A DNA stretch of 55,276 bases from a virus (lineage: Duplodnaviria > Caudoviricetes). The notes under the pieces are model-generated. The model was not told where the DNA came from and ran no database searches. It was given only the letters and a program-made list of their open reading frames with translations. Positions within the stretch are counted from its first letter, which is position 1. Each line of letters opens with the position of its first letter. Made by a program: the position numbers and the translations under genes. The DNA is taken from IMG/VR virus record IMGVR_UViG_3300032322_000863, positions 1 through 55,276 of that record; one strand, 5' to 3'. Positions 45,348 through 54,163 of this stretch are shown in pieces.

Positions 45348-48300
45348 CAGTTGGTCCTCCAGTAGCGCGCCAGTCCGGGTGTATCAAATCGCGCATCAAA
45401 TCGACGCGACGATGATGGGTCTTTTCGAAGAATATCGACAGCACTTTCGCGCCGCGTCACAGTCTGTCCGTTGACGCGCTCAGTGATCGGGAAGGCTTGC
45501 ATCGACGCCTTAAGCCTTTGCCTCTCAAGGTCGTAGCGGTCGCCCATCTCTTTGTTAAAGTTGTCGTAGACGTTCAGTGCGGTGCCATAGCGGCGCGTGT
45601 AGGCGTCGTAGTAGCGAGCGAAATCGCGATCCCGCTGAAACTCCACCAACATATTGGCGATGATGGTGTTGGCAGACTCCTTGTCGAGGTTTCCGCTAGG
45701 CATTGCGTTGCGGATTGAAGTAGCAACAGCCGCAGCATTAAATCCGCCCTGCGCAGCCATTTGCACAGACCCAAGCTCTTGGATCTTGCGAATGATTTGA
45801 GCATCTTGAATGTCCGAGCCGACATCAATCTGCGCGCCGGGGAGCCCCGCAATTTTGGCCGCCGTATTGTAGATGTTCACCAGAGCCGCACGACCCTCCT
45901 GACCAGCGCCTTCTCCGGTAAGGTTGTTAGTGCTGATGCGGTTAACCGACGTGGCCAGAGACCACAAATCAGAGATACTACGATCCGTCGCGCGAGATGC
46001 GTCACGAATTGCCTGAGCAGTAGCCGCCTCTTTTTCTGCCCGCTCACGCAGGTTTGGCACCGTGTTGATCGCTGCCTCAATGGCGCGCGGATTGTTAATG
46101 TTGACGCCCGGAGGCAACACGCTGCGGATGTACTCGTCCGAAATTCCGCCGCGTGCCGGGGTCACGTCGATGCGGTACTCGCCCTCCTTCGGGATCTCAA
46201 TTGCACCAACCCGCGTGACAGGGCCAGTGGCGGCAGGAGGAGCAGCGGCAGGCGGACCGGCTTGCGGAGCGGTCTCTGCGGTTGCAGGAGGCTCCCGCGC
46301 CGGCTGTACACCGGATGGCGGGGGCGCGGGAGGAAGGGCGTCCGCCGTCGGGCGCCCGGCCACAGGCTGTCTGCTGCCAGCGGTAGGAGGTGCCTCACCA
46401 CGCGGACTCGCCGTGCGTACGGCCTGTTCGACTTCGCGCCGGGTTTGCGGCAGGAGATTGTACCTGTCAGGGTTCTCCAGCACTTCGTAGAAAGGAACGT
46501 AGCGCATGCCGCCACGTCCATCAGAGACAAGCACAGCCTGCGGGAAGCCCCTTGCGTCGTACTTGATGGACGCTCCCGCCGCCTGCACGTTCGTGAGCCC
46601 CGTCCGGGCGCTGGCCTCATCGGCCTCGGACTGCTGTTTCTGAAGGCCAGTGTACGCACTTGTGCCGCCAACGAGCCCTTCGCCAATAGCACTGGCCAGA
46701 TACGGAGACCTTGACGCCAGCATTGATCCGATGCCGGCGAGCGCAGGAACCCAGAGGTTTTCGGACGTAAGAGCCTGTTTTGTTTCAGGCTTCATGTCGC
46801 GACCGAACATGCCACCGATTAGGGTTGCGTAAGGCGAGCGAGAAGGAATTTGCTCGGGAGGGATCACTCCGCCAATTGGGCGCTCACCGCTCGCGACACC
46901 CGGCGGCGGTGATCTTCCCGCCTCCCGTGCCCGCAAGATACGCTCCTCATCTTCAGATCTGGGCGTGCCGCCCTCTTGATAGCCCTGCCGAGGCGCGAGG
47001 CCCGCCGCCACGTCAGTGGCGCGCTTGTAATCGACCATCTTGAGGCCGCCGAGGCCGGCAACCGCATCGCTATGTCCATTGTGCTCCAGATCCTGCGCCA
47101 TGAGGCCGATCTGGGTCTTGGGCGAGCCCTTCATGTTGTAGCGATAGATCGGCTGGCCGTCGTAAAGCTCGCCGACTGGCTCGATGTTGTCCTTCATGCG
47201 GGCATCGGACGGCAAAAACATCATCGCCGTTTTGGCGATGGATGCTGCCTTTGAGCCCGCATCCAGAAGCTCACTAGCGCCACTCTGGCCCGGCGCACCA
47301 AGCTTGCCCGCAGTCATCAGCTCGCGCTTTTGATTGTCAGCCTCGCCAATCTTCTGAAGCGGATCTTCGCCCATATCACTGGTGGAGTAAGGCATACCGC
47401 CGCCAGCATACTCACCTCGCGTCAAGCCGCCGCGATAGAACAGCTTGTCACGATCCCACTCAGCCTGCGGCAGTGATTCAGCGATACTGTCCGCTCCCTT
47501 CGGGGGCGGAGGGGCCGCGCGAGAGGGGCCCGCTTCTCCGCCTCCAAGGCCAGAAAGAAATCCCTGACGGCTGAACTCGCCGCCTTTGCCCAAAAGACCA
47601 CGGCTAGCCGCAGAGTCCCTAGTGGCGGGGGAGCCAGTCAGCGCCTCTTTGCCCGTCTTGGCGAGCCCGGCAATCTTTGATCCGGTATCCAGCGCTTCAC
47701 TGAGACCAGAGGGGCGCTGCTGCGGCAGGCTGCCAGCGGTGACGAGCTTCGGCTGCGCCATCTGCGACTGGGGGATGTAGCCGGGAGCACCAGCCCCACC
47801 AGTGCCAGCGCCACCATACAAGCCCTTCCCACCGTAGAACGCAAGCGGCTGGCCGATGGCGGCCAGAATGGCTCGCATGTCGTCGGACCCGACAACCTGA
47901 CCACCAGAGGCATACGCGCCAGAGCGGGCAACGAGGCCGCCCATGGACTGGGAGCCAACCTCGCCGCCAAACCCGTACCGGGGAGCCTGCACGCTTCCCT
48001 TGCCTGCGCTCGGCTGAAAGCCGCTCTGAGTAGGAAGACCCATCTGCGGAAGCTGTGGCCGAGGAGACTGAACAGAGTTCTTGCCGCCGATAGACGGACC
48101 ACCTACCGGAGCTGGCACGGGAGGCTGAACAGAATTTTTGCCGCCAATAGAGGGGCCACCGGTCGGCAGCGCCGAGGGCGCAGAGCTGCCGGCAGCGCCA
48201 GAGGCTACACCCTGACTGCCCGGCGGAAACTGGAACTGCTGGCCATTAGCCATATTCTGCTGGGCCTGAAAATCAGACACTGCACCAGACGGCGTACCAA

Positions 48301-49570
48301 GCCCCGTGGCCCTATTATTCACGTCGTTATAGCGCGCCATCACCTCAGAGGGGATCTGGACCTGCGGTTGAGCGCTCTGGTTGCTCATCATCGCACTTTG
48401 CGAGGGCGCAAATTGATTAGATGTGGAACCAGACAGTGCGCCCGTCCCCATCGCACTTTGCGAGGGTGCAGGGGACGGACTATAAGACGGAGCCTGCACA
48501 CCTCCCTTGCCGGCACCGCCGCCAAAGGCGCGAGACTGGCGACCTTCTGGCGCTACTACTTTTCGGCCATTAATCTCACCGACCAGCTCTGGCGCGCTCT
48601 TCTCGATGTCCTGCGCCATGGGACCAACGCGCTTGGGCGGCATGGGCCGACCATCGCGCTCCGCAGCCTCCACGTCGTCCTTGTAGTCGTAGGCATAGAG
48701 CCCCTTGCCGAGGGGCTGGACGTTGGTCTTCTCGCGCTCGTCCGAAAAGAACGGAGCCATCTGCGTTGTGGCAGTCGTTGACCCGGACAGCGCGCCCGTC
48801 CCCATCGCGATGTTCGCGAGGAACTGCGCCGTCTGGAAGTCGTATCCGCGCTCTTGCAGGAACTGATTGTAGAGCGCCTGCAACCCGGCCTGCTGCGTCT
48901 GCTGCTCAGCCGTACCAGCCGCAAGCTGCGCCTGCGCGCCGGCAAGAGCAGACTGCTGGGCCTGCGCGCCGAGGCCACCAAGCTGCTGGCCGGCCATCAT
49001 CTGGCGTTGAAGATCCTGCGCCTGCACGCCCTGCTGGCCCATCGCCGTCTGGACGGCGTTTTGGTAGGCCTGCTGGTACAGGGGCGAGATCGCCTGCGCC
49101 GTTGCAAGCCCCTGCTGGCCCTGAAGCTGTGCTCGCTGAATGCCCGCACGGTCGCCGCCGAACGCGCCAGCCTTAATTGCCTCCGCCTGCTGCTGGGCGA
49201 GCTGCTGGCCCTGCTGCTGCTGGAGCCCGGCCCGCGTGGCGTCAACCACTGACTGCGTGTACGGGTTTTGATACTGTTGGATCTGCTGCGAAGTGAGGGG
49301 CCCAACAGCCTGCGCGCCGCCCATGGTGAGGCCGGCGGCGGTGTTGAAGTACGGCTGGGTCATCCCAGCCGCCTGATTGATGTTCTGTATGCCCGCCTGC
49401 TGCGTCTGCGTTAGGGGCGCAACGAATGCGTTCGGGTCTCGGCTATAAGCCTGAAAAGGTTTACTGGCGGCGGATTCTGCCCTCGCGTTAACGGCGTTGT
49501 AACGCGCCATAACCTCTGGCGGGATCTGAACCTGCTGGGTAGCTGTTTGGGTTTTTCCGCCGCCGCTCAT
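45347..49570 (-). CDS. 1407-aa pilot/ejection polyprotein with two internal S74-like domains
   Basis: MSGGGKTQT start; Gln-rich GAFGGDR region; FSDEREKTNV..GPMAQDIE and SDARMKDNI..IGLMAQD..VDY. Confidence 0.75.
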   Translation of the reverse strand: MSGGGKTQTATQQVQIPPEVMARYNAVNARAESAASKPFQAYSRDPNAFVAPLTQTQQAGIQNINQAAGMTQPYFNTAAGLTMGGAQAVGPLTSQQIQQYQNPYTQSVVDATRAGLQQQQGQQLAQQQAEAIKAGAFGGDRAGIQRAQLQGQQGLATAQAISPLYQQAYQNAVQTAMGQQGVQAQDLQRQMMAGQQLGGLGAQAQQSALAGAQAQLAAGTAEQQTQQAGLQALYNQFLQERGYDFQTAQFLANIAMGTGALSGSTTATTQMAPFFSDEREKTNVQPLGKGLYAYDYKDDVEAAERDGRPMPPKRVGPMAQDIEKSAPELVGEINGRKVVAPEGRQSRAFGGGAGKGGVQAPSYSPSPAPSQSAMGTGALSGSTSNQFAPSQSAMMSNQSAQPQVQIPSEVMARYNDVNNRATGLGTPSGAVSDFQAQQNMANGQQFQFPPGSQGVASGAAGSSAPSALPTGGPSIGGKNSVQPPVPAPVGGPSIGGKNSVQSPRPQLPQMGLPTQSGFQPSAGKGSVQAPRYGFGGEVGSQSMGGLVARSGAYASGGQVVGSDDMRAILAAIGQPLAFYGGKGLYGGAGTGGAGAPGYIPQSQMAQPKLVTAGSLPQQRPSGLSEALDTGSKIAGLAKTGKEALTGSPATRDSAASRGLLGKGGEFSRQGFLSGLGGGEAGPSRAAPPPPKGADSIAESLPQAEWDRDKLFYRGGLTRGEYAGGGMPYSTSDMGEDPLQKIGEADNQKRELMTAGKLGAPGQSGASELLDAGSKAASIAKTAMMFLPSDARMKDNIEPVGELYDGQPIYRYNMKGSPKTQIGLMAQDLEHNGHSDAVAGLGGLKMVDYKRATDVAAGLAPRQGYQEGGTPRSEDEERILRAREAGRSPPPGVASGERPIGGVIPPEQIPSRSPYATLIGGMFGRDMKPETKQALTSENLWVPALAGIGSMLASRSPYLASAIGEGLVGGTSAYTGLQKQQSEADEASARTGLTNVQAAGASIKYDARGFPQAVLVSDGRGGMRYVPFYEVLENPDRYNLLPQTRREVEQAVRTASPRGEAPPTAGSRQPVAGRPTADALPPAPPPSGVQPAREPPATAETAPQAGPPAAAPPAATGPVTRVGAIEIPKEGEYRIDVTPARGGISDEYIRSVLPPGVNINNPRAIEAAINTVPNLRERAEKEAATAQAIRDASRATDRSISDLWSLATSVNRISTNNLTGEGAGQEGRAALVNIYNTAAKIAGLPGAQIDVGSDIQDAQIIRKIQELGSVQMAAQGGFNAAAVATSIRNAMPSGNLDKESANTIIANMLVEFQRDRDFARYYDAYTRRYGTALNVYDNFNKEMGDRYDLERQRLKASMQAFPITERVNGQTVTRRESAVDILRKDPSSSRRFDARFDTPGLARYWRTN

Positions 49571-49584
49571 ATCAGCCCCTCTGC

Positions 49585-50076
49585 TTACTCAGCCGCCTCG
49601 CGCCATTCGCCGGTTCGGACGCCATACAAAAAGTACGCTCCAGAAGGCTTCCCAAAAATCCGCTCGTACATGCGGATTTTACCTTCCGTCCGATGGTTGG
49701 AGAGAACGCCAATGGTCAGCGGGATCCCCAATTCATCCGAGACTTTCTTCCCGAACTCACAAAGCTTGCGGGCCCGCCCGCCTTTTACAGCCCTGAAATC
49801 CGGATGAATAAAAACAGCCCGTTCCTCAAGTATTGCATCGTCACTATACCAGATGTTGCCAATTCGCAAAAGGATTGCGCCTTGGGGCTTCTGGCCGGGA
49901 ACTCCGACAATACCGACGATACCCTTGTCCCGGTTCAGGGCGGGCCAAATCTCTCCCAAAAGCCGCTCCGCATTCGGCTTTACGAAGCCGTTTTCCTCGC
50001 AGGCGGCCAGCGCCAGATCCATGATGTCGTACACGTCGTCTGGGTTTCCGACCCAAACCTTCAGATTGTCGGCCAT
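49585..50076 (-). CDS. GNAT-fold protein of the podovirus tail/ejection module
   Basis: LEERAVFIHPDFR..GGRARKLCEF..RMYER; GGGGAG RBS. Confidence 0.7.
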   Translation of the reverse strand: MADNLKVWVGNPDDVYDIMDLALAACEENGFVKPNAERLLGEIWPALNRDKGIVGIVGVPGQKPQGAILLRIGNIWYSDDAILEERAVFIHPDFRAVKGGRARKLCEFGKKVSDELGIPLTIGVLSNHRTEGKIRMYERIFGKPSGAYFLYGVRTGEWREAAE

Positions 50077-50095
50077 AGTTCTCCCCTTATCTGCC

Positions 50096-50647
50096 TCAGT
50101 CACGGCGAGGCCCCGGAAGCTTTTTGAGCGTGCTAATCGTCTCCGCTCGGGTCTGCTTAATCCATTCGTCCAGAGCCTTGTGCCCGGCGTCCATGTCGCC
50201 GCCGCCAGCCCAAGCAACCTCATCGGGCGTCAGAACGTACTCACCACCGGCTGCGACAATGGCCACGGGATCGCCAACGGGGCCACCCTCCGCATATCCG
50301 CCAGACGGCGCGTTCCGAAACATGGTTTTAACGGTGCGGAACCCCGCCATAGTGTTGCCCTCGCCGAGGGCGGAAACAATGTCGGCTGGAATGACATACG
50401 AACCGGATGGAACGTGCATGGGGAGGTGATCCGTCCGCCCCGCGACGGGCGAGTGGATCGGCCCAACGTGCGTCTTGGATACGGTGGGCGTCTGCGGCTT
50501 CGGGGGAGACATGCCGCCCATGGCCTTCGTCTCTCGCGCCGTCTTGAGGGCGATGGCGATAGCCTGCTTCTGCGGGCGGCCCGAGTGAACCAGCTCGCTG
50601 ATGTTGGCGCTAATGGTCTTCTGAGACTTACCTTTTGCGAGCGGCAT
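50096..50647 (-). CDS. Conserved late protein: KQAIAIAL basic helix plus duplicated G-[SE]-YV module
   Basis: QKQAIAIAL; GRTDHLPMHVPSGSYVIPADIVSALG; YAEGG..AAGGEYVLTPDEV. Confidence 0.75.
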   Translation of the reverse strand: MPLAKGKSQKTISANISELVHSGRPQKQAIAIALKTARETKAMGGMSPPKPQTPTVSKTHVGPIHSPVAGRTDHLPMHVPSGSYVIPADIVSALGEGNTMAGFRTVKTMFRNAPSGGYAEGGPVGDPVAIVAAGGEYVLTPDEVAWAGGGDMDAGHKALDEWIKQTRAETISTLKKLPGPRRD

Positions 50648-50649
50648 TT

Positions 50650-51003
50650 TTACCCCCGAGAGTATGTCACATTGACTGATTGACCCGTTCCGGGAGTGAT
50701 AACCAGCCCATTCGTGAAGACCATGTTTGCCGGATAAACGCCAACAGTATTGGGCGTGGCCACAAGAGCCGTCGCAGCCGTCCCGCCGCCCGGCGTTCCA
50801 GCATTGTAGATAAATCCGTTGGCGGAGCCGGCGACAACAACCGCAAACGAAATTAAGCGCCCCCTTCCCGTAAGCACGAGAGTTGAAGCGGTTACAGTCG
50901 CAGATGTGTCCGTTGGGTTAAGCGCTGAGAGAGCTTGAAAGACGTTGTTTATAGCGACAACGCCATTCTTCTGCGTGGTGAGAATGTCGCCTAGAGACGC
51001 CAT
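50650..51003 (-). CDS. Small beta-rich virion protein
   Basis: DILTTQKNGVVAIN..FTNGLVITPG; coupled to the nozzle gene. Confidence 0.65.
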   Translation of the reverse strand: MASLGDILTTQKNGVVAINNVFQALSALNPTDTSATVTASTLVLTGRGRLISFAVVVAGSANGFIYNAGTPGGGTAATALVATPNTVGVYPANMVFTNGLVITPGTGQSVNVTYSRG

Positions 51004-53051
51004 CAGTATTTCCCATCGGGCTGGATGCGGTAGCGGATATTACCAATACGCCAGAACGATCCGATGTCGTTACTGTCCACCTTGATGGAGACGAGCCTTC
51101 CCCGGAAACGCGGCGTAATAAATGTGGTTGATTGCGTCATGGTGTAGGGGCCGTACTGTAACGGCGTTTGCCCAGCATAATCAGTAACATAGAACGTTAT
51201 CTGAACCTGCGCGCCCTGAGTTCCGCCATAATAGCCCCACTTCATGTCGGGCCAGATCTGATCAATAAACATCTTCACGTCCGCCTCAGACAGGGCAAAG
51301 TAGCCCGTCTGGAAGCTGGCGTTGATGGCCTGACCGTCCGCGTCCGGAGACGTTTCGTGCTGGTAGATAAAGCGATCTGGGGCCGCACCAATCGGTGGGC
51401 CGAGGACGCTCTCATTGATCCATGCGGTGCGCGCGAGAGTGCCGAAGTCCCACTGATCGATGAGAAAGTTGTATTTGACGTAGTGGCTCACCTCGCCGCC
51501 GTTGGAGCGGGTGGGATAGAACCACGAGATCTCACCAAACCGAGAATTGGGAGCAACGCGGATCTTGTCGTAGTTGTCTGTGTCCAAATCTTGGAAAATA
51601 ACGTCCCAAATCGGACAGCGGATCGGCTCGACGCCAGATCCCGCGAGGCGGAAGAACTGGCTCTGCCCCATCCAGTAAACGATACCGTTGACGGACGTGG
51701 CCGCCTTGCGCCCAATCAAACCGCAGCCAGTACCGACTTCGTTGAACTGATAGACATACGGAGGGCCAACGTACTGCATGGCCCACACGGCAAGGTCCGT
51801 CCATATCAGGCCCTGCTGCGGGCCCTGAATGGCCTGAATGATCTTGGAGCCCTTTGGGATCCGGTAGGATCCGGCCTGATTTGTGACGAGGCCGATCCAC
51901 GAATTGTAGTCGCCAACATCGCACCAGCGGATCAAGAGCGGATCTTTGATGCCGTTGAACGTGCTGCCGTAGGCAACGATCTGTCTTTGTGGCATCGCCA
52001 CAAAGCAGCCCTCATTCACCTGTGGAGCCTCAGAAATGATAGTGGCGACAGGGTTGTTCTCTGACGGTGACCACTGATAAATCGGCCCATTCAGAGGACT
52101 GGCGATCAGCGTTTCGCCCCAGTTGTCCAGTGACCAATCTATCGCCGTAATGGCGGTTCCCGGCAGGGACGGCGTGACAACGCCGGAGCCATAGCCACCG
52201 GCTCCGTATCCGCCAACGCCATAACCAGCGTTCGCCTGCTGGGGACCAACTCCATCGTAATAGACAAAGTAGGCATTGCCGTTGTTCTCGCTGATAGTTG
52301 CGGTAGAGGTTGCAGAGCTGCTCGCTGTAATGACGAAGGTGTTGGTCGTGGCGGACGAAACAGTATAGTTCCCGGAAAGAGTGATACCACCGACAGTGGT
52401 TGAAATCAGGATTGGGAATGAGTCGCCGTTAAAAAAGCCGTGATTGCTCAGGGTCACAGTGACACGAGAAGACCCTGATGTAGTTGCAAATGACGGGACT
52501 GATCCGCCAGTAGTTCCAGACGTAGCAAACGCCGGACCGCCAAGGGCATCCTTAGCTTGAATGGAAAACTGGTTAGCCCCAATTTGCGTGACATTATAGA
52601 GGCCAAACAGAATGAGGCCGCTAATGCTTATTTGCGTGCGAATATCAACAACATCGAACGAATCAAGATTGCTTTCAACTGCATTTATGACGACGGTTGA
52701 ACTATTGGACGTAGTAGTAATGCTAACTGGGACATTGGCCGCTGTTCGAGTGCGCGGCGTAATCGTAAGCTGACCAGCGCCAAGTATGGCAGAAAGAGAT
52801 TCTGTCGCCCCAACACCCAGCCATGACTGCTCTGTTTCGCTAAGATCTTTCCACGCCCACAGGGCCCGAACAGTAGAGCCGATCTGGCTGGGAAAATATC
52901 TCGTCCAGCCGCCCAGCTTCTGCACCAAGCCAATGCCATTCCTGTCCGGGATGAACCGGACCAGATTGGTGTTGGAAATGGCGGCCTCATTGAGGGCCAG
53001 CGTCTTGTTCTGATCAACGCCGGGGATGAGCTTGAGCGACTGATGCGGCAT
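51003..53051 (-). CDS. Tail nozzle / DNA stabilisation protein (P22 gp10-like)
   Basis: QKLGGW, WSLDNWGE, LIRWCD, NQAGS, VYWMG, EISWFYP, ARTAW, RFRGR, QPDG. Confidence 0.8.
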   Translation of the reverse strand: MPHQSLKLIPGVDQNKTLALNEAAISNTNLVRFIPDRNGIGLVQKLGGWTRYFPSQIGSTVRALWAWKDLSETEQSWLGVGATESLSAILGAGQLTITPRTRTAANVPVSITTTSNSSTVVINAVESNLDSFDVVDIRTQISISGLILFGLYNVTQIGANQFSIQAKDALGGPAFATSGTTGGSVPSFATTSGSSRVTVTLSNHGFFNGDSFPILISTTVGGITLSGNYTVSSATTNTFVITASSSATSTATISENNGNAYFVYYDGVGPQQANAGYGVGGYGAGGYGSGVVTPSLPGTAITAIDWSLDNWGETLIASPLNGPIYQWSPSENNPVATIISEAPQVNEGCFVAMPQRQIVAYGSTFNGIKDPLLIRWCDVGDYNSWIGLVTNQAGSYRIPKGSKIIQAIQGPQQGLIWTDLAVWAMQYVGPPYVYQFNEVGTGCGLIGRKAATSVNGIVYWMGQSQFFRLAGSGVEPIRCPIWDVIFQDLDTDNYDKIRVAPNSRFGEISWFYPTRSNGGEVSHYVKYNFLIDQWDFGTLARTAWINESVLGPPIGAAPDRFIYQHETSPDADGQAINASFQTGYFALSEADVKMFIDQIWPDMKWGYYGGTQGAQVQITFYVTDYAGQTPLQYGPYTMTQSTTFITPRFRGRLVSIKVDSNDIGSFWRIGNIRYRIQPDGKY

Positions 53052-53057
53052 GGATCA

Positions 53058-53783
53058 TCACCTCGTCGGGGTCGCGACAGGCGACGGGCTCTGAGAAGAC
53101 CACGCAGAAGCCTCAAACTTCTTGCGGGCCTCTTCGATGGCAGCGCCCTTCAGGAGTGCGTTATACTGGCTCTCATACGTGACCGACATCTGAGGGTCGT
53201 CGTTCGCGCGCCCGAAGTTACGCTGGTACGCCGAGACGTAGATCATGCTCGCCATGATGAACAGATCGGGCAGATACAGGCTAATGAACGTCGTCGGATT
53301 GGCCGAGGATAGGCTGTCTGGCCTGAAGGTGCCGACGATCTCGACGCCATACGCCTGATCTGGCACGGGGCCGAACAGGAAGATGTTGTCGCTAAAGGGC
53401 ACAAAGTATTTCGGCATCGCGCGGTTCGCCGTGGCGTTAGATCCGCACACGATGTCGAGGAACTCCTTCGTCGTCGGCAAGCATGAGTTGCGCGTGACGG
53501 TCGCGCCGTTGGGATTGGTCTGACCAACGGGCGTCAGGATGTTGATCTGTTCGGACACAACGAGCGTACCGGGGGGAATCGTCAGGCTGCGAATGCCGGG
53601 CGTCAGGGTGTATCCAGAAACGCTCGTGGATGTGCTGAGAAAGTCCAGATCGCGGTAGATCCGGTTTTCGGCGTAGGTGATCATCTGCGGGAGCACAATC
53701 ACAAACGCCGGGTCGTTCTCTTCAACGACCGCCATCGTCGCGATTTGCGACTTATATGTTGTGTAGGTTAAGCCTGTCGTCAT
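53058..53783 (-). CDS. Head-tail adaptor protein
   Basis: AENRIYRDL, FGPVPDQAY, TTFISLYLPDL; directly upstream of the nozzle. Confidence 0.7.
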   Translation of the reverse strand: MTTGLTYTTYKSQIATMAVVEENDPAFVIVLPQMITYAENRIYRDLDFLSTSTSVSGYTLTPGIRSLTIPPGTLVVSEQINILTPVGQTNPNGATVTRNSCLPTTKEFLDIVCGSNATANRAMPKYFVPFSDNIFLFGPVPDQAYGVEIVGTFRPDSLSSANPTTFISLYLPDLFIMASMIYVSAYQRNFGRANDDPQMSVTYESQYNALLKGAAIEEARKKFEASAWSSQSPSPVATPTR

Positions 53784-53823
53784 GATCAATCCGCCAGTTT
53801 TGCGAAACTGTACACGATTTTGG

Positions 53824-54012
53824 CTACTTACACCACGCGGCGCGCTTGGCGTTGTTCACCTTTACTTCTGTGATCGTTTGCTGCGTGTCCTTCTGGCTCC
53901 ATGAGACTGGCTGCCAGAAATCGCAGGCGTTAATCCCGCCGGTGCCCGTCGTTCTTGAGCAGCCCGCCAGCAGCAGTGTCGCGGCGCACAGCGTTATCAG
54001 CTTCAATCGCAT
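53824..54012 (-). CDS. o-spanin (Rz1-like lipoprotein)
   Basis: Lipobox LLAGC; overlaps the i-spanin in another frame. Confidence 0.7.
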   Translation of the reverse strand: MRLKLITLCAATLLLAGCSRTTGTGGINACDFWQPVSWSQKDTQQTITEVKVNNAKRAAWCK

Positions 54013-54163
54013 TTCTCGCCCTCCGTTCACGCTCTCTGGCCTGATCCTGCTCTAGGGCTGCCTTGCCCTCCGCACGGCCCTTCAGATAAGCCGCAAATAG
54101 GATGGACAGGGCCGCCCCGATGCCGGCCAACCAGCGTCCGATGGGTGAGAACAGCCACATCAT
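53930..54163 (-). CDS. i-spanin (Rz-like)
   Basis: N-terminal TM, YLKGRAEG, coiled coil; follows the endolysin. Confidence 0.7.
   Translation of the reverse strand: MMWLFSPIGRWLAGIGAALSILFAAYLKGRAEGKAALEQDQARERERRARNAIEADNAVRRDTAAGGLLKNDGHRRD

Noticed and set aside
42681-49570. Tape-measure protein or virion RNA polymerase
   Set aside because: No tail tube or chaperone genes and no polymerase motifs; the context fits podovirus ejection proteins.
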